Assembly (NCBI GenBank): GCA_963784425.1
Contig: CAWARM010000019.1
Location: 11,340 to 75,339, forward strand
Direction of reading: 5' to 3'
DNA from: an uncultured Gammaproteobacteria bacterium
GTDB lineage: Bacteria; Pseudomonadota; Gammaproteobacteria; Xanthomonadales; SZUA-36
DNA length: 64,000 nucleotides
The notes under the pieces were generated by a model. It made no database searches, was not told the origin of the DNA, and saw only the letters and a program-made list of their open reading frames with translations. Positions 1-8,398 of this stretch are shown here, piece after piece. Position numbers and translations under genes: made by a program. The first letter of the stretch is position 1. Each line of letters starts with the position of its first letter.

Positions 1-1059
1 ATCATCGCCTCCGGGCGAACTGCGCACGATGGTGAATGAGGTACCAGCATCCGTGGAGCGCCGCAGCGGTTGCCCGCCTGCCCATACGGTTTCTGAATTG
101 ACCGGGTCGGCCGTCAGCCAGCCCATGTAACTTGAAGCCAGGCTTTTGTCGTTGTTGACCTCTTGCCAATGTGCGCCACCATCTTCGCTGCGGTACACCG
201 CGCCACCCTCGCCGCTGGTCTGGATCGAAGCCCACACCCGTTGCGAACCATGTGCGGGTGCCACTGCCAGCTCAATGCGTCCAAGCGGTCCAGCAGGCAG
301 GCCATCTCCGGCAACCTGCGCCCAACTGCGGCCGCCATCGCTGGAACGGTAAATGCCACTGTGATCGCCCAGCGTGGGTTGGAAATAATCCAGCCAGGGG
401 TGGCGCTGCATTTGCCACAACGAGGCATACAACACATCGGGTTGTTGCGGGTCATAAGCGATATCGGCAGCACCTGAGGTATCGTCCACGAACAGCACCT
501 TTATCCAGCTCTTGCCCCCATCCTCGGTGCGAAACAGTCCGCGCTCCGCGCTGGCACCGAACACGGGGCCCAGGGCCGCAACCACCGCGGTATCTGCATC
601 GCGCGGATCCACCCATAAAGCACCGATATGACGGGTGCCCTCCAGGCCGACGTGTTGCCAGGTCTGGCCAGCGTCGACCGATCGATAGACTCCATCGCCG
701 TCAACCACGTCCCAGCGTTGCTGGATCTGGCCGGTGCCAATCCAGATGACATCAGGATTGCCGGGCGCGAGGGTCAGTGCGCCTATAGATGCACTGCCGC
801 CGTGTTCAAACAAAGGCTGCCAGGTAGAGCCGGCATTGTCGGTGCGCCACACGCCGCCATCGGCAGAGCCAAAATAAAATGTCTCCCGCCGCTCAGGATG
901 CCCGGCCACTGCTGTCGCCCAGCCACCGCGGAATGGTCCAAGCAAGCGCCAGGATAGATCGGCATAAGCCGACTGCGGCACCGCGGCCTCGACGTCGGTG
1001 GCGAACAGCGAAATCAGCACGGGCAGCAGTAAGACGGAATGGCTAAAACGTATTTTCAT
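1..1059 (-). CDS. Secreted BNR/Asp-box repeat beta-propeller protein (sortilin/VPS10- or Ycf48-like family), N-terminal 353 aa; 3' end lies beyond the window
   Basis: Own reverse-strand translation from ATG 1059-1057 gives MKIRFSHSVLLLPVLISLFATDVEA (signal peptide). Repeated Asp-box motifs follow (DNAGSTW, VDAGQTW, EDGGKSW, SDGGRSW, EDGGAHW). The frame is open to position 1, so it is absent from the ORF track. Confidence 0.8.
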   Translation of the reverse strand, partial: MKIRFSHSVLLLPVLISLFATDVEAAVPQSAYADLSWRLLGPFRGGWATAVAGHPERRETFYFGSADGGVWRTDNAGSTWQPLFEHGGSASIGALTLAPGNPDVIWIGTGQIQQRWDVVDGDGVYRSVDAGQTWQHVGLEGTRHIGALWVDPRDADTAVVAALGPVFGASAERGLFRTEDGGKSWIKVLFVDDTSGAADIAYDPQQPDVLYASLWQMQRHPWLDYFQPTLGDHSGIYRSSDGGRSWAQVAGDGLPAGPLGRIELAVAPAHGSQRVWASIQTSGEGGAVYRSEDGGAHWQEVNNDKSLASSYMGWLTADPVNSETVWAGGQPLRRSTDAGTSFTIVRSSPGGDD

Positions 1060-1080
1060 GGTAGTCACATTGGCAATGAT

Positions 1081-1163
1081 GGGGTCAGAGTAAAGTGCCA
1101 GAGTAACCGAGTTAGTGGCTGTGGTGAACACGTTAGTTTACTCTGGCACTTTACTCTGACCCC
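1081..1163. repeat. Perfect 26-bp inverted repeat with a 31-nt spacer in a divergent intergenic region
   Basis: GGGGTCAGAGTAAAGTGCCAGAGTAA (1081-1106) is the exact reverse complement of 1138-1163. Each arm contains CAGAGTAA twice. The repeat occupies 83 of the 115 bp between start codons 1059 (-) and 1175 (+). Confidence 0.9.
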
Positions 1164-1174
1164 TTGATTGCGCA

Positions 1175-3070
1175 ATGCCCCTGTTACGCCTCGACAAAGC
1201 CGCCCTGCACTACGGTACCCTGGTCCTGCTGGATGAAGTTGACCTCAGCATTTCCAGGGGCAAGAAAATTGGTTTGTTGGGTCGCAACGGCGCCGGCAAA
1301 ACGACCTTGCTGCAGGTGCTGGCCGGTGAGATTGCGCTGGATGCGGGCGAGCGCTGGCTGCGGCCGGGCACGCGCATTGCCTGGCTGCAGCAGACCCTGC
1401 CCGAAGCGGACGACCAGACCGTCTGGGACGTGGTTGCCTCCGGGCTGGCAGAAACCGGGCGGCTGCTGGCGCAATATCATCACTTGCTGCTGGACTTTGA
1501 GCACTCCGATATGGATGCCCTCGCACGGGTGCAGCATCAGCTCGAAGCCAACAATGGCTGGGCATTGCAGCAACGCGTGGAGACTATCATCAGCCAATTG
1601 CAACTACCCGGTGATGCGCGCATGGCCGAGTTGTCCGGAGGGTGGCGGCGCCGGGTTGCACTGGGCCAGGCGCTGGTCAGCGAACCGGACATCCTGTTGC
1701 TGGATGAGCCTACCAACCACCTTGATATCCCGGCCATTTGCTGGCTGGAAGAACAATTACGCAATTTCCAGGGGGCGCTGATCCTCATTACCCACGACCG
1801 GCGCTTTTTGCAAAACGTTGCCAACTGGATGGCAGAACTGGACCGCGGGCACCTGACGCTCTGGCAGGGTAACTACGAGGGCTTTCTGCGTCACTGCGAG
1901 CAGCAATCGCTGGCTGAAGAGCGGGCTAACGAGCTGTTCGACAAAAAACTCGCCCAGGAAGAAGTGTGGATTCGCCAGGGCATCAAGGCGCGGCGCACGC
2001 GCAATGAAGGCCGGGTGCGCGCATTGGAATCCATGCGCGATGAGCGCAAGCAGCGGCGGGAGCGCAGCGGTTCGGCCGACTTCGTGCTCGAGGACGCCAG
2101 CCGTTCCGGCAAGATCGTCGCCGAGCTTAAACACGTGAGCAAAAGTTTCGCAGGCAGGCCCGTTATCGACAACTTCTCCACCCTCATCCGGCGCGGAGAC
2201 CGCATAGGCATCGTGGGCGCCAATGGCGCGGGCAAGACCACGCTGGTAAAAATCATGCTCGGGGAGATGAGCCCCGACTCGGGCGAAGTGCTGTTGGGCA
2301 GCAAGCTGGAGATTGCCTACTCTGACCAATTGCGCGGCCATCTCGATCCGGAAAAGAACCTCATAGACAATGTGTGTGGCGGCCAGGACTTTATTGACAT
2401 CGGCGGGAAGCGGCGGCATGCCATATCCTACCTTGGCGATTTCCTGTTTGGCCCCGACCGGGTGCGCATACCGGTCAAGGCCTTGTCCGGCGGTGAACAG
2501 AATCGTGCCGTTTTAGCCAAGCTGTTCAGCAAACCCGCCAACCTGTTGGTGCTGGACGAACCCACCAACGACCTCGATATCGAGACCCTGGAATTGCTGG
2601 AGGAAATCCTGCTGGGTTTTGATGGCACGGTATTGCTGGTCAGCCACGATCGGGATTTCATGGACCACGTGGTGACCAACCTGATGGTGCTCGATGGTGC
2701 AGGTGGTATCAGCGAGCACGTGGGAGGTTACAGCGATTGGGAAGCCCGTGGCGGCAGCCTGACCGAAGCAGCGCCAGTCCCTGTAGACAAGCCAGCCAAA
2801 CCGGCGACGCCTGTCACGGCAAGTGGCGTCGATCGAGCGGTCGTAAAAAAGCGCAAACTTTCCTACAAAGAGCAACGCGAACTCGACAGTTTGCCACTGC
2901 AGATTGAAAAGCTGGAGCAGCAGGTAGCGAGACTCACTGCCACCATGTCCGGGCCCAATTTCTATCAGTCCGGTTTTGCAGACATACAAGGCATCACGCA
3001 GGAACTTGCGGAAGTTCAGCTGCAGCTTGAGGCGGCCTTCCAGCGCTGGGGCGAATTGGAAAACCCCTAG
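1175..3070 (+). CDS. uup: ABC-F family ATPase Uup
   Basis: 631-aa ORF with two ABC cassettes (GRNGAGKTT and GANGAGKTT Walker A, two LSGG signatures). The linker KLAQEEVWIRQGIKARRTRNEGRVRAL and the C-terminal coiled coil are colinear with E. coli Uup as I recall it. Confidence 0.9.
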   Translation: MPLLRLDKAALHYGTLVLLDEVDLSISRGKKIGLLGRNGAGKTTLLQVLAGEIALDAGERWLRPGTRIAWLQQTLPEADDQTVWDVVASGLAETGRLLAQYHHLLLDFEHSDMDALARVQHQLEANNGWALQQRVETIISQLQLPGDARMAELSGGWRRRVALGQALVSEPDILLLDEPTNHLDIPAICWLEEQLRNFQGALILITHDRRFLQNVANWMAELDRGHLTLWQGNYEGFLRHCEQQSLAEERANELFDKKLAQEEVWIRQGIKARRTRNEGRVRALESMRDERKQRRERSGSADFVLEDASRSGKIVAELKHVSKSFAGRPVIDNFSTLIRRGDRIGIVGANGAGKTTLVKIMLGEMSPDSGEVLLGSKLEIAYSDQLRGHLDPEKNLIDNVCGGQDFIDIGGKRRHAISYLGDFLFGPDRVRIPVKALSGGEQNRAVLAKLFSKPANLLVLDEPTNDLDIETLELLEEILLGFDGTVLLVSHDRDFMDHVVTNLMVLDGAGGISEHVGGYSDWEARGGSLTEAAPVPVDKPAKPATPVTASGVDRAVVKKRKLSYKEQRELDSLPLQIEKLEQQVARLTATMSGPNFYQSGFADIQGITQELAEVQLQLEAAFQRWGELENP

Positions 3071-3175
3071 TGTCCTGTCCCACATGCTCAATTTCACAAG
3101 ATTTCGACGCTTTTAGGCGTCTTTCGCTGTAACATTCTCCACTAATTTCCAGGAATGAAGCCCAGAACCTGATCC

Positions 3176-6040
3176 ATGTCCATGTTCGAAACATTTACTG
3201 TGCCCAAATGGCAACACAAGAGTCCCGACGTGCGGAGAGAAGCAGTCGAACAACTCGATGCCCAGGACGTTCTGCTGGAGTTGATCAATACCGACCCGGA
3301 CGCAAGCGTGCAGGCCGCAGCGCTTGCCCGCATCACCGACCCTGGTGCCCTGGATACCCTCCTTGGCAGCTTGTCCGGTGACTTGCAACAACAAGCCAGG
3401 ACGCAACGTCTGAGGCAATTGCTGCCGGCTGAAGACAGCCTTGCTGCGATCAGGGACGACGCCCTGCTGGTGCGCATCGCCACTCTGACCGATGACACGA
3501 CGCTGGCAGCCCGGGCCATCGGCTGCGTGACCAGCGAAGACCTGCGTATGGACATCGCATGTCATCACCCTGTGGCCAGGGTACGGTTGCACGCAGCGCA
3601 GGGCATAAAGAACCTTGAACGTTTGAACGAGCTCATGGTGTTGGCCCGTGGCCATGACAAAGCCGTGTACCGTCACTGCCAGGCTATCCTGGAAGAGCAC
3701 GAAGCTGCACATAAGGCCGCGCAAGAACAGCTGGAGAAAGTTACCCAACTGGTCGAAAGAGCTGCAAAACTGGCCGACTCGATCTCTTCGCTGGATGCCG
3801 CAAGCAACCACAAGATGCTTTCGTACCAGTGGCAGACCGTGGCAGCGTTAGCAAGCCCGCAACAAAGTGAACAATTCCACAACGATATGGCGCGCTGCGA
3901 AAACCAACTCGCACAGTTGGCAAAAGAATCAGCCCAGGCCCTGGCTGCCCGGAACGAAGCCATCGCCCGTGCAGCTACAGCCCGGATGACGCAGCAAGCC
4001 ATCTTCGATGAACTCGAACAGATGGGGCAATGCGTGGCAGCGCCAGGGGACTCGGCAAGCATCCAGGCGTTCGATGCACGGCTGGATGACATCGAGGCCC
4101 GCTGGCAGGCTGAACAGGCAACGGTCAAAGCCTCGTCAGAACATGCTGGTGTCTTTGTGTTTCGCCTTGAGCTACTGCGATCCATGCTCGGCACTGCAAG
4201 AAAACTCATCACCAAAAAGACCGCTATAGACAAGAGCATTGCCGAAGCGGAATCCATAGACACCGCCGACTACACTGCATTGCAACGCCAACTGGAGCGC
4301 TCTTCGAAATTGCTTGGCAGCCTGCACTGGCCAGAGGCATTTAACCCGGCGCCCACAGCCATCACGCAGTTGCATGACGTGGTTGCACGATTGCAGGCCC
4401 AGCTCGAAACACTGGCGAAAGACCAGGAGAAATACGCCGGCAAGATACAGGCCTTGCTGGAAACGGTGCGCACGAAACTCGAGCAGGACCGGACCCACGA
4501 AGCCGACAAGGCGCTGGCCAAGACCCGCAAGGTACTCAAATCCATCACGCCAAAACAGCGCCAGGCCATTGAGCGAAAGCTGGGCCCGCTGGCTGCACAA
4601 ATGCACGAAGTACATGAATGGCAGGAATTTGCCATTGAGCCCAAGAAGGTTGAGCTCTGCGCCAAAATGAAAGCCCTGATTGGCAACAGCGGAGACGTGG
4701 AAATGCTGGCGCTGAACATTCAGTCCCTGCAGGACGAATGGAAACAGATCGGTGCCCTGCCCAATGCACGCGAACAAACTCTCTGGCGAGAATTCAAAGC
4801 AGCCGCTGACCAGGCCTGGAAGCCTTGCAAAGAAGCGTTTGAGCTGCAGGCCAGGATACAGAAAGAAAACGGCCAGCAACGCAAGCTGGTGATAGCCCAG
4901 CTAAGAGAGTACGACGAGAAAATGGCCTGGCCGCCTTCCAGCGAGGAACCCGCAAGCCAGGGTGCTGCTGAAACCACTGCCCACCCCGACTGGCGCATGG
5001 TGCAAAAAACGCTGGACACCGCGCGTGAAGCATTCCAGCGCTGCAAGCCGGTCACGCCAAAGGATGAACGCAGCACCCAGAAAGCATTCCGGGCAATTTG
5101 CGACCGGATCTATGGCCACATCAAGGACGAGTACGCGCGCAACATTACCCGCAAGGAAGACCTGGTGAAACGCGCACGCGAGCTTGCGACAGTTGACGAT
5201 TTGCCGCGGGCCATCGACACCTGCAAGAAACTGCAGCAGGCCTGGAAGCCCATTGGCCTGACGCCTGTGGGCGTCGATCGCAAATTGTGGCTGGCGTTTC
5301 GCGAGGCCTGTGACGCCGTATTTGCACGCATGGACGAACAGCGCACACAGAGCAAGAATGAATTCACTGCACTGTTGAAAGAAGCCGAAGCTCTGCGTGA
5401 TCAGGCGCGGGCGCACCTGGCGACGAAAGACGATGAACTTCGCCTGAAGTTGCCCCAGGCCCTGGCTGAACTGAAGCAACAACTGCTGGCCATCAACCTG
5501 CCTTCCGGAGTGCAACAGCGGCTAAGCAAAGAGTTCGCTGAGATGGAGAAACAGGCCCGCGAGTCTGTTACCAGGGCGCGTGAACATCGCCAGCAAGCTG
5601 GCTGGATCGCCCTGCTGGACAAGATCAGGGCCTGTGCCGCCCCATCGACCGCCTCATCAACAACCATGGCGCCGGCCGAACCGGCGAATGACGCTGTTCC
5701 CGGCGCGCTTAGGGAGCCGGCACAGGAACTGCCCAAAGGCATCAATGCCAGCTTGCTTGAGGCCTTCAGGCAGCAGGGTCCGGCGGATGGAATCGAAGAG
5801 AAGTTGCGCGAGGCCTGTATTGCACTGGAAGTCCTGGCCGGGATCGAATCGCCGCCGGAAGACAAGAAGGCGCGCATGAACTACCAGATGCAAAGGCTGG
5901 TTAAAGGCATGGGCAGCAAGGGTGTCCAGGCTGAACCGGATCTGCTGGGCAGCATCAACGATTTCATCGCCTTGCGCCCGTCAGGCAACTGGGCAGAGCG
6001 GTTTTGTTCTACCGTCAGGAAAATCAAGGGTATCCGCTAG
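3176..6040 (+). CDS. DUF349 repeat protein
   Basis: 954-aa helical, acidic ORF with repeated W..F/W-K-containing units typical of DUF349 (EWKQIGALPNAREQTLWREFKAAADQAW, AWKPIGLTPVGVDRKLWLAFREACDAVF). Confidence 0.8.
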   Translation: MSMFETFTVPKWQHKSPDVRREAVEQLDAQDVLLELINTDPDASVQAAALARITDPGALDTLLGSLSGDLQQQARTQRLRQLLPAEDSLAAIRDDALLVRIATLTDDTTLAARAIGCVTSEDLRMDIACHHPVARVRLHAAQGIKNLERLNELMVLARGHDKAVYRHCQAILEEHEAAHKAAQEQLEKVTQLVERAAKLADSISSLDAASNHKMLSYQWQTVAALASPQQSEQFHNDMARCENQLAQLAKESAQALAARNEAIARAATARMTQQAIFDELEQMGQCVAAPGDSASIQAFDARLDDIEARWQAEQATVKASSEHAGVFVFRLELLRSMLGTARKLITKKTAIDKSIAEAESIDTADYTALQRQLERSSKLLGSLHWPEAFNPAPTAITQLHDVVARLQAQLETLAKDQEKYAGKIQALLETVRTKLEQDRTHEADKALAKTRKVLKSITPKQRQAIERKLGPLAAQMHEVHEWQEFAIEPKKVELCAKMKALIGNSGDVEMLALNIQSLQDEWKQIGALPNAREQTLWREFKAAADQAWKPCKEAFELQARIQKENGQQRKLVIAQLREYDEKMAWPPSSEEPASQGAAETTAHPDWRMVQKTLDTAREAFQRCKPVTPKDERSTQKAFRAICDRIYGHIKDEYARNITRKEDLVKRARELATVDDLPRAIDTCKKLQQAWKPIGLTPVGVDRKLWLAFREACDAVFARMDEQRTQSKNEFTALLKEAEALRDQARAHLATKDDELRLKLPQALAELKQQLLAINLPSGVQQRLSKEFAEMEKQARESVTRAREHRQQAGWIALLDKIRACAAPSTASSTTMAPAEPANDAVPGALREPAQELPKGINASLLEAFRQQGPADGIEEKLREACIALEVLAGIESPPEDKKARMNYQMQRLVKGMGSKGVQAEPDLLGSINDFIALRPSGNWAERFCSTVRKIKGIR

Positions 6041-6084
6041 GCCTGGGCCATGCACCGGTGCCGCGAAGGCCACGACTGCAGGGC

Positions 6085-6107
6085 ACGGGTTGTTCCCGAC
6101 AACCCGT
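6085..6107 (+). terminator. Weak intrinsic-terminator candidate after the DUF349 gene
   Basis: ACGGGTTGT-tcccg-ACAACCCGT forms a 9-bp stem 45 nt after the stop at 6040. No clear T-tract follows. Confidence 0.35.
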
Positions 6108-6247
6108 CTGCATTTCCTCCATCCGTGGAGGTCGATGCAGGAGGTACGAGCCCAGGGATGGGCGAAGGTAGGACAATGCAGGAGCAATTGTCGAGGGCAA
6201 CGCAGGAGCAGAAGCTTTGCCGAGTTCAATCCACAAGAGAAAAAACT

Positions 6248-8326
6248 ATGCGCGTATGCTGGATTTCTACCACACTGCAATTGGCTACACTGATGTTTAC
6301 TGCGGCTGCGTTTTCAACTGTCCTGGCGGCCGCCCCGGTGGACGAAAACAGGATTCTTGCGGAAACTCCGGCGGGAGAGAACTGGTTTCTGGCAGGCGGC
6401 AATTTTCGCGGCGAGCACTTCAGCCCGCTCCAGCAGTTGAATGATCAGAATGTTGCCGGCCTGGGCCTGGACTGGTGGGTAGACCTGCCATCACCAAACG
6501 GCATCGCGGCAACGCCGTTGGTGGTTGATGGCGTGATTTATCTTTCCGGGGCTTTTTCGCTGGTCTTTGCCATCGATGCCGCCACGGGTCAAATCCTCTG
6601 GACCTTTGATCCCAAGCCAGAGATCAATGCATCCAACAACTGGACCGGAAGGGTCAACCGCGGCGTGGCAGCCTGGGGAGACAAGATCCTGGTCACGGTT
6701 TCGGATTGTCGCCTGATCGGTTTGGATCGCGCCACCGGCAAAGAGCAGTGGTCGCAACTGACCTGCGACCCGGAGTTTGGTTACAGCATCACCGATGCAC
6801 CCCACGTGGGCGGTGGCAAAGTATTTGTCGGTAACGCCGGCTCGGAAAAAGGCGACCGCAACCGCGGCTACGTCAGTGCCTACGATGTCGCCACGGGCAA
6901 ATTCCTGTGGCGTTTTTACATTGTGCCCAGCCACATCGCTGCGGAGAACACGTCGCCCGCAATGAAGATGGCGTTTGCAACCTGGAGCGGCGATGCCCTC
7001 GAGAAATTTGGCGGCGGCGGCAGCAACTGGAACGAGATGACCTATGACCCGGAATCCGGCTTGCTGTATTTCGGCACTGCCGGCGCCCTGCCCTACGTGT
7101 ATGAAAAGCGCAGTCCCGGCGGCGGGGACAACCTGTTTACCTCATCGGTCGTGGCGGTTAATGCCGAGACCGGCGAATACGTGTGGCATTACCAGACCGT
7201 GCCCCAGGACAGCTGGGAATACAACGCGACGATGAACATCGTGCTTGCGGATATACCCGTCAATGGCAAAACCACCAAGGCGCTGATGATTGCGCCCAAG
7301 AACGGGTTTTTCTATGTTCTGGACCGCACGAGCGGGAAGTTGTTGTCCGCCAACAACTACGTGAAAGTGAACTGGGCGACGCACATTGACCTGGAAACGG
7401 GGCGGCCCGTGCTCAACCCCGAGGCCATGTACTGGAAAGCGCCGCCGGGAACCCGTGTCAACATCTGGCCCAATGAATGGGGTTCACACAGCACCCAGCC
7501 CATGGCCTATAACCCGGGCACCGGGCTGGTCTACATACCCGCGGTCAACGTGCCGGATGTCGTGACCTGGAATGGCCCCGAAGATTTTACTGATACCCTG
7601 GAAATGTTCGACGAAGTCGATGGAAAACCGCATGTTCCCGGTATGCTGATCGCCTGGGATCCTCTGACGCAAAGCGCGAAGTGGTCGGTTGAGCATGATG
7701 TGGCGTTCAATGGCGGCGTGCTCACCACTGCCGGCAACCTGGTATTCCAGGGTGATGCCAATGGCTCGTTCAGCGCCTACAACGCTGCAGACGGCAAGAG
7801 GTTGTGGAGTGTTGCCACCGGTTCGGCCATTGGTGCAGCACCGGTCAGCTATACCCTGGGCGGAGAGCAACGTGTGCTCATTCCCATCGGTGCCGGCAAT
7901 GCCATGCAGTTCAGTTACCCCACCTTCCATGCGGGCATGAAGACCAGTGGCAAGACCCGCCTCATGGCCTTTTCGCTGCAGGGAAAACTTCCCATGCCTG
8001 AAAACATCTGGGTGCCGCCGCCTCTTCCTGAGTTGCCCACGCAGAGCGCATCGGCTGAAACAATTGAACAAGGCCGTGCACTGTTCGAAAAATCCTATTG
8101 CGCCGGCTGTCACGGCAAGAATGCGGTTGCACGGCGGGGCGGAACGGTACCGGACTTGCGCTACGCGACTAAGGAAACCTACCTGCAATGGGACGGCATC
8201 GTCATCGGCGGAGCGCGTTCCGCCAAGGGTATGCCTGGCTTCGAGAAGATGACTGCGGAGCAGGCAGCAGCCCTGCGTGCCTGGGTGCTTTCAAAAGCCT
8301 GGGAACTGAAAACCGAAGGGCAGTAA
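6248..8326 (+). CDS. PQQ-dependent dehydrogenase with C-terminal c-type cytochrome domain (quinohemoprotein)
   Basis: ORF 6050-8326, start moved to ATG 6248 (signal peptide MRVCWISTTLQLATLMFTAAAFSTVLAAAP). PQQ propeller hallmarks are present (GNAGSEKGDRNRGYVSAYDVATGKFLWRF). A CAGCH heme-binding site lies near the C-terminus. Confidence 0.85.
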   Translation: MRVCWISTTLQLATLMFTAAAFSTVLAAAPVDENRILAETPAGENWFLAGGNFRGEHFSPLQQLNDQNVAGLGLDWWVDLPSPNGIAATPLVVDGVIYLSGAFSLVFAIDAATGQILWTFDPKPEINASNNWTGRVNRGVAAWGDKILVTVSDCRLIGLDRATGKEQWSQLTCDPEFGYSITDAPHVGGGKVFVGNAGSEKGDRNRGYVSAYDVATGKFLWRFYIVPSHIAAENTSPAMKMAFATWSGDALEKFGGGGSNWNEMTYDPESGLLYFGTAGALPYVYEKRSPGGGDNLFTSSVVAVNAETGEYVWHYQTVPQDSWEYNATMNIVLADIPVNGKTTKALMIAPKNGFFYVLDRTSGKLLSANNYVKVNWATHIDLETGRPVLNPEAMYWKAPPGTRVNIWPNEWGSHSTQPMAYNPGTGLVYIPAVNVPDVVTWNGPEDFTDTLEMFDEVDGKPHVPGMLIAWDPLTQSAKWSVEHDVAFNGGVLTTAGNLVFQGDANGSFSAYNAADGKRLWSVATGSAIGAAPVSYTLGGEQRVLIPIGAGNAMQFSYPTFHAGMKTSGKTRLMAFSLQGKLPMPENIWVPPPLPELPTQSASAETIEQGRALFEKSYCAGCHGKNAVARRGGTVPDLRYATKETYLQWDGIVIGGARSAKGMPGFEKMTAEQAAALRAWVLSKAWELKTEGQ

Positions 8327-8398
8327 TGGTATGAGCCGCGGTTCTGCCCTCTGATCAGCGATACAGCGGCGGCTCATCGTCCGAGCAGGTACCCTCTT

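Noticed and set aside
1144-1149. TGGCAC (-24-like) hexamer inside each arm of the 26-bp inverted repeat, as a possible sigma-54 promoter
   Set aside because: The position 10 nt downstream of the GG is TG, not GC, and there is no TTGC -12 element. It does not fit the sigma-54 consensus.
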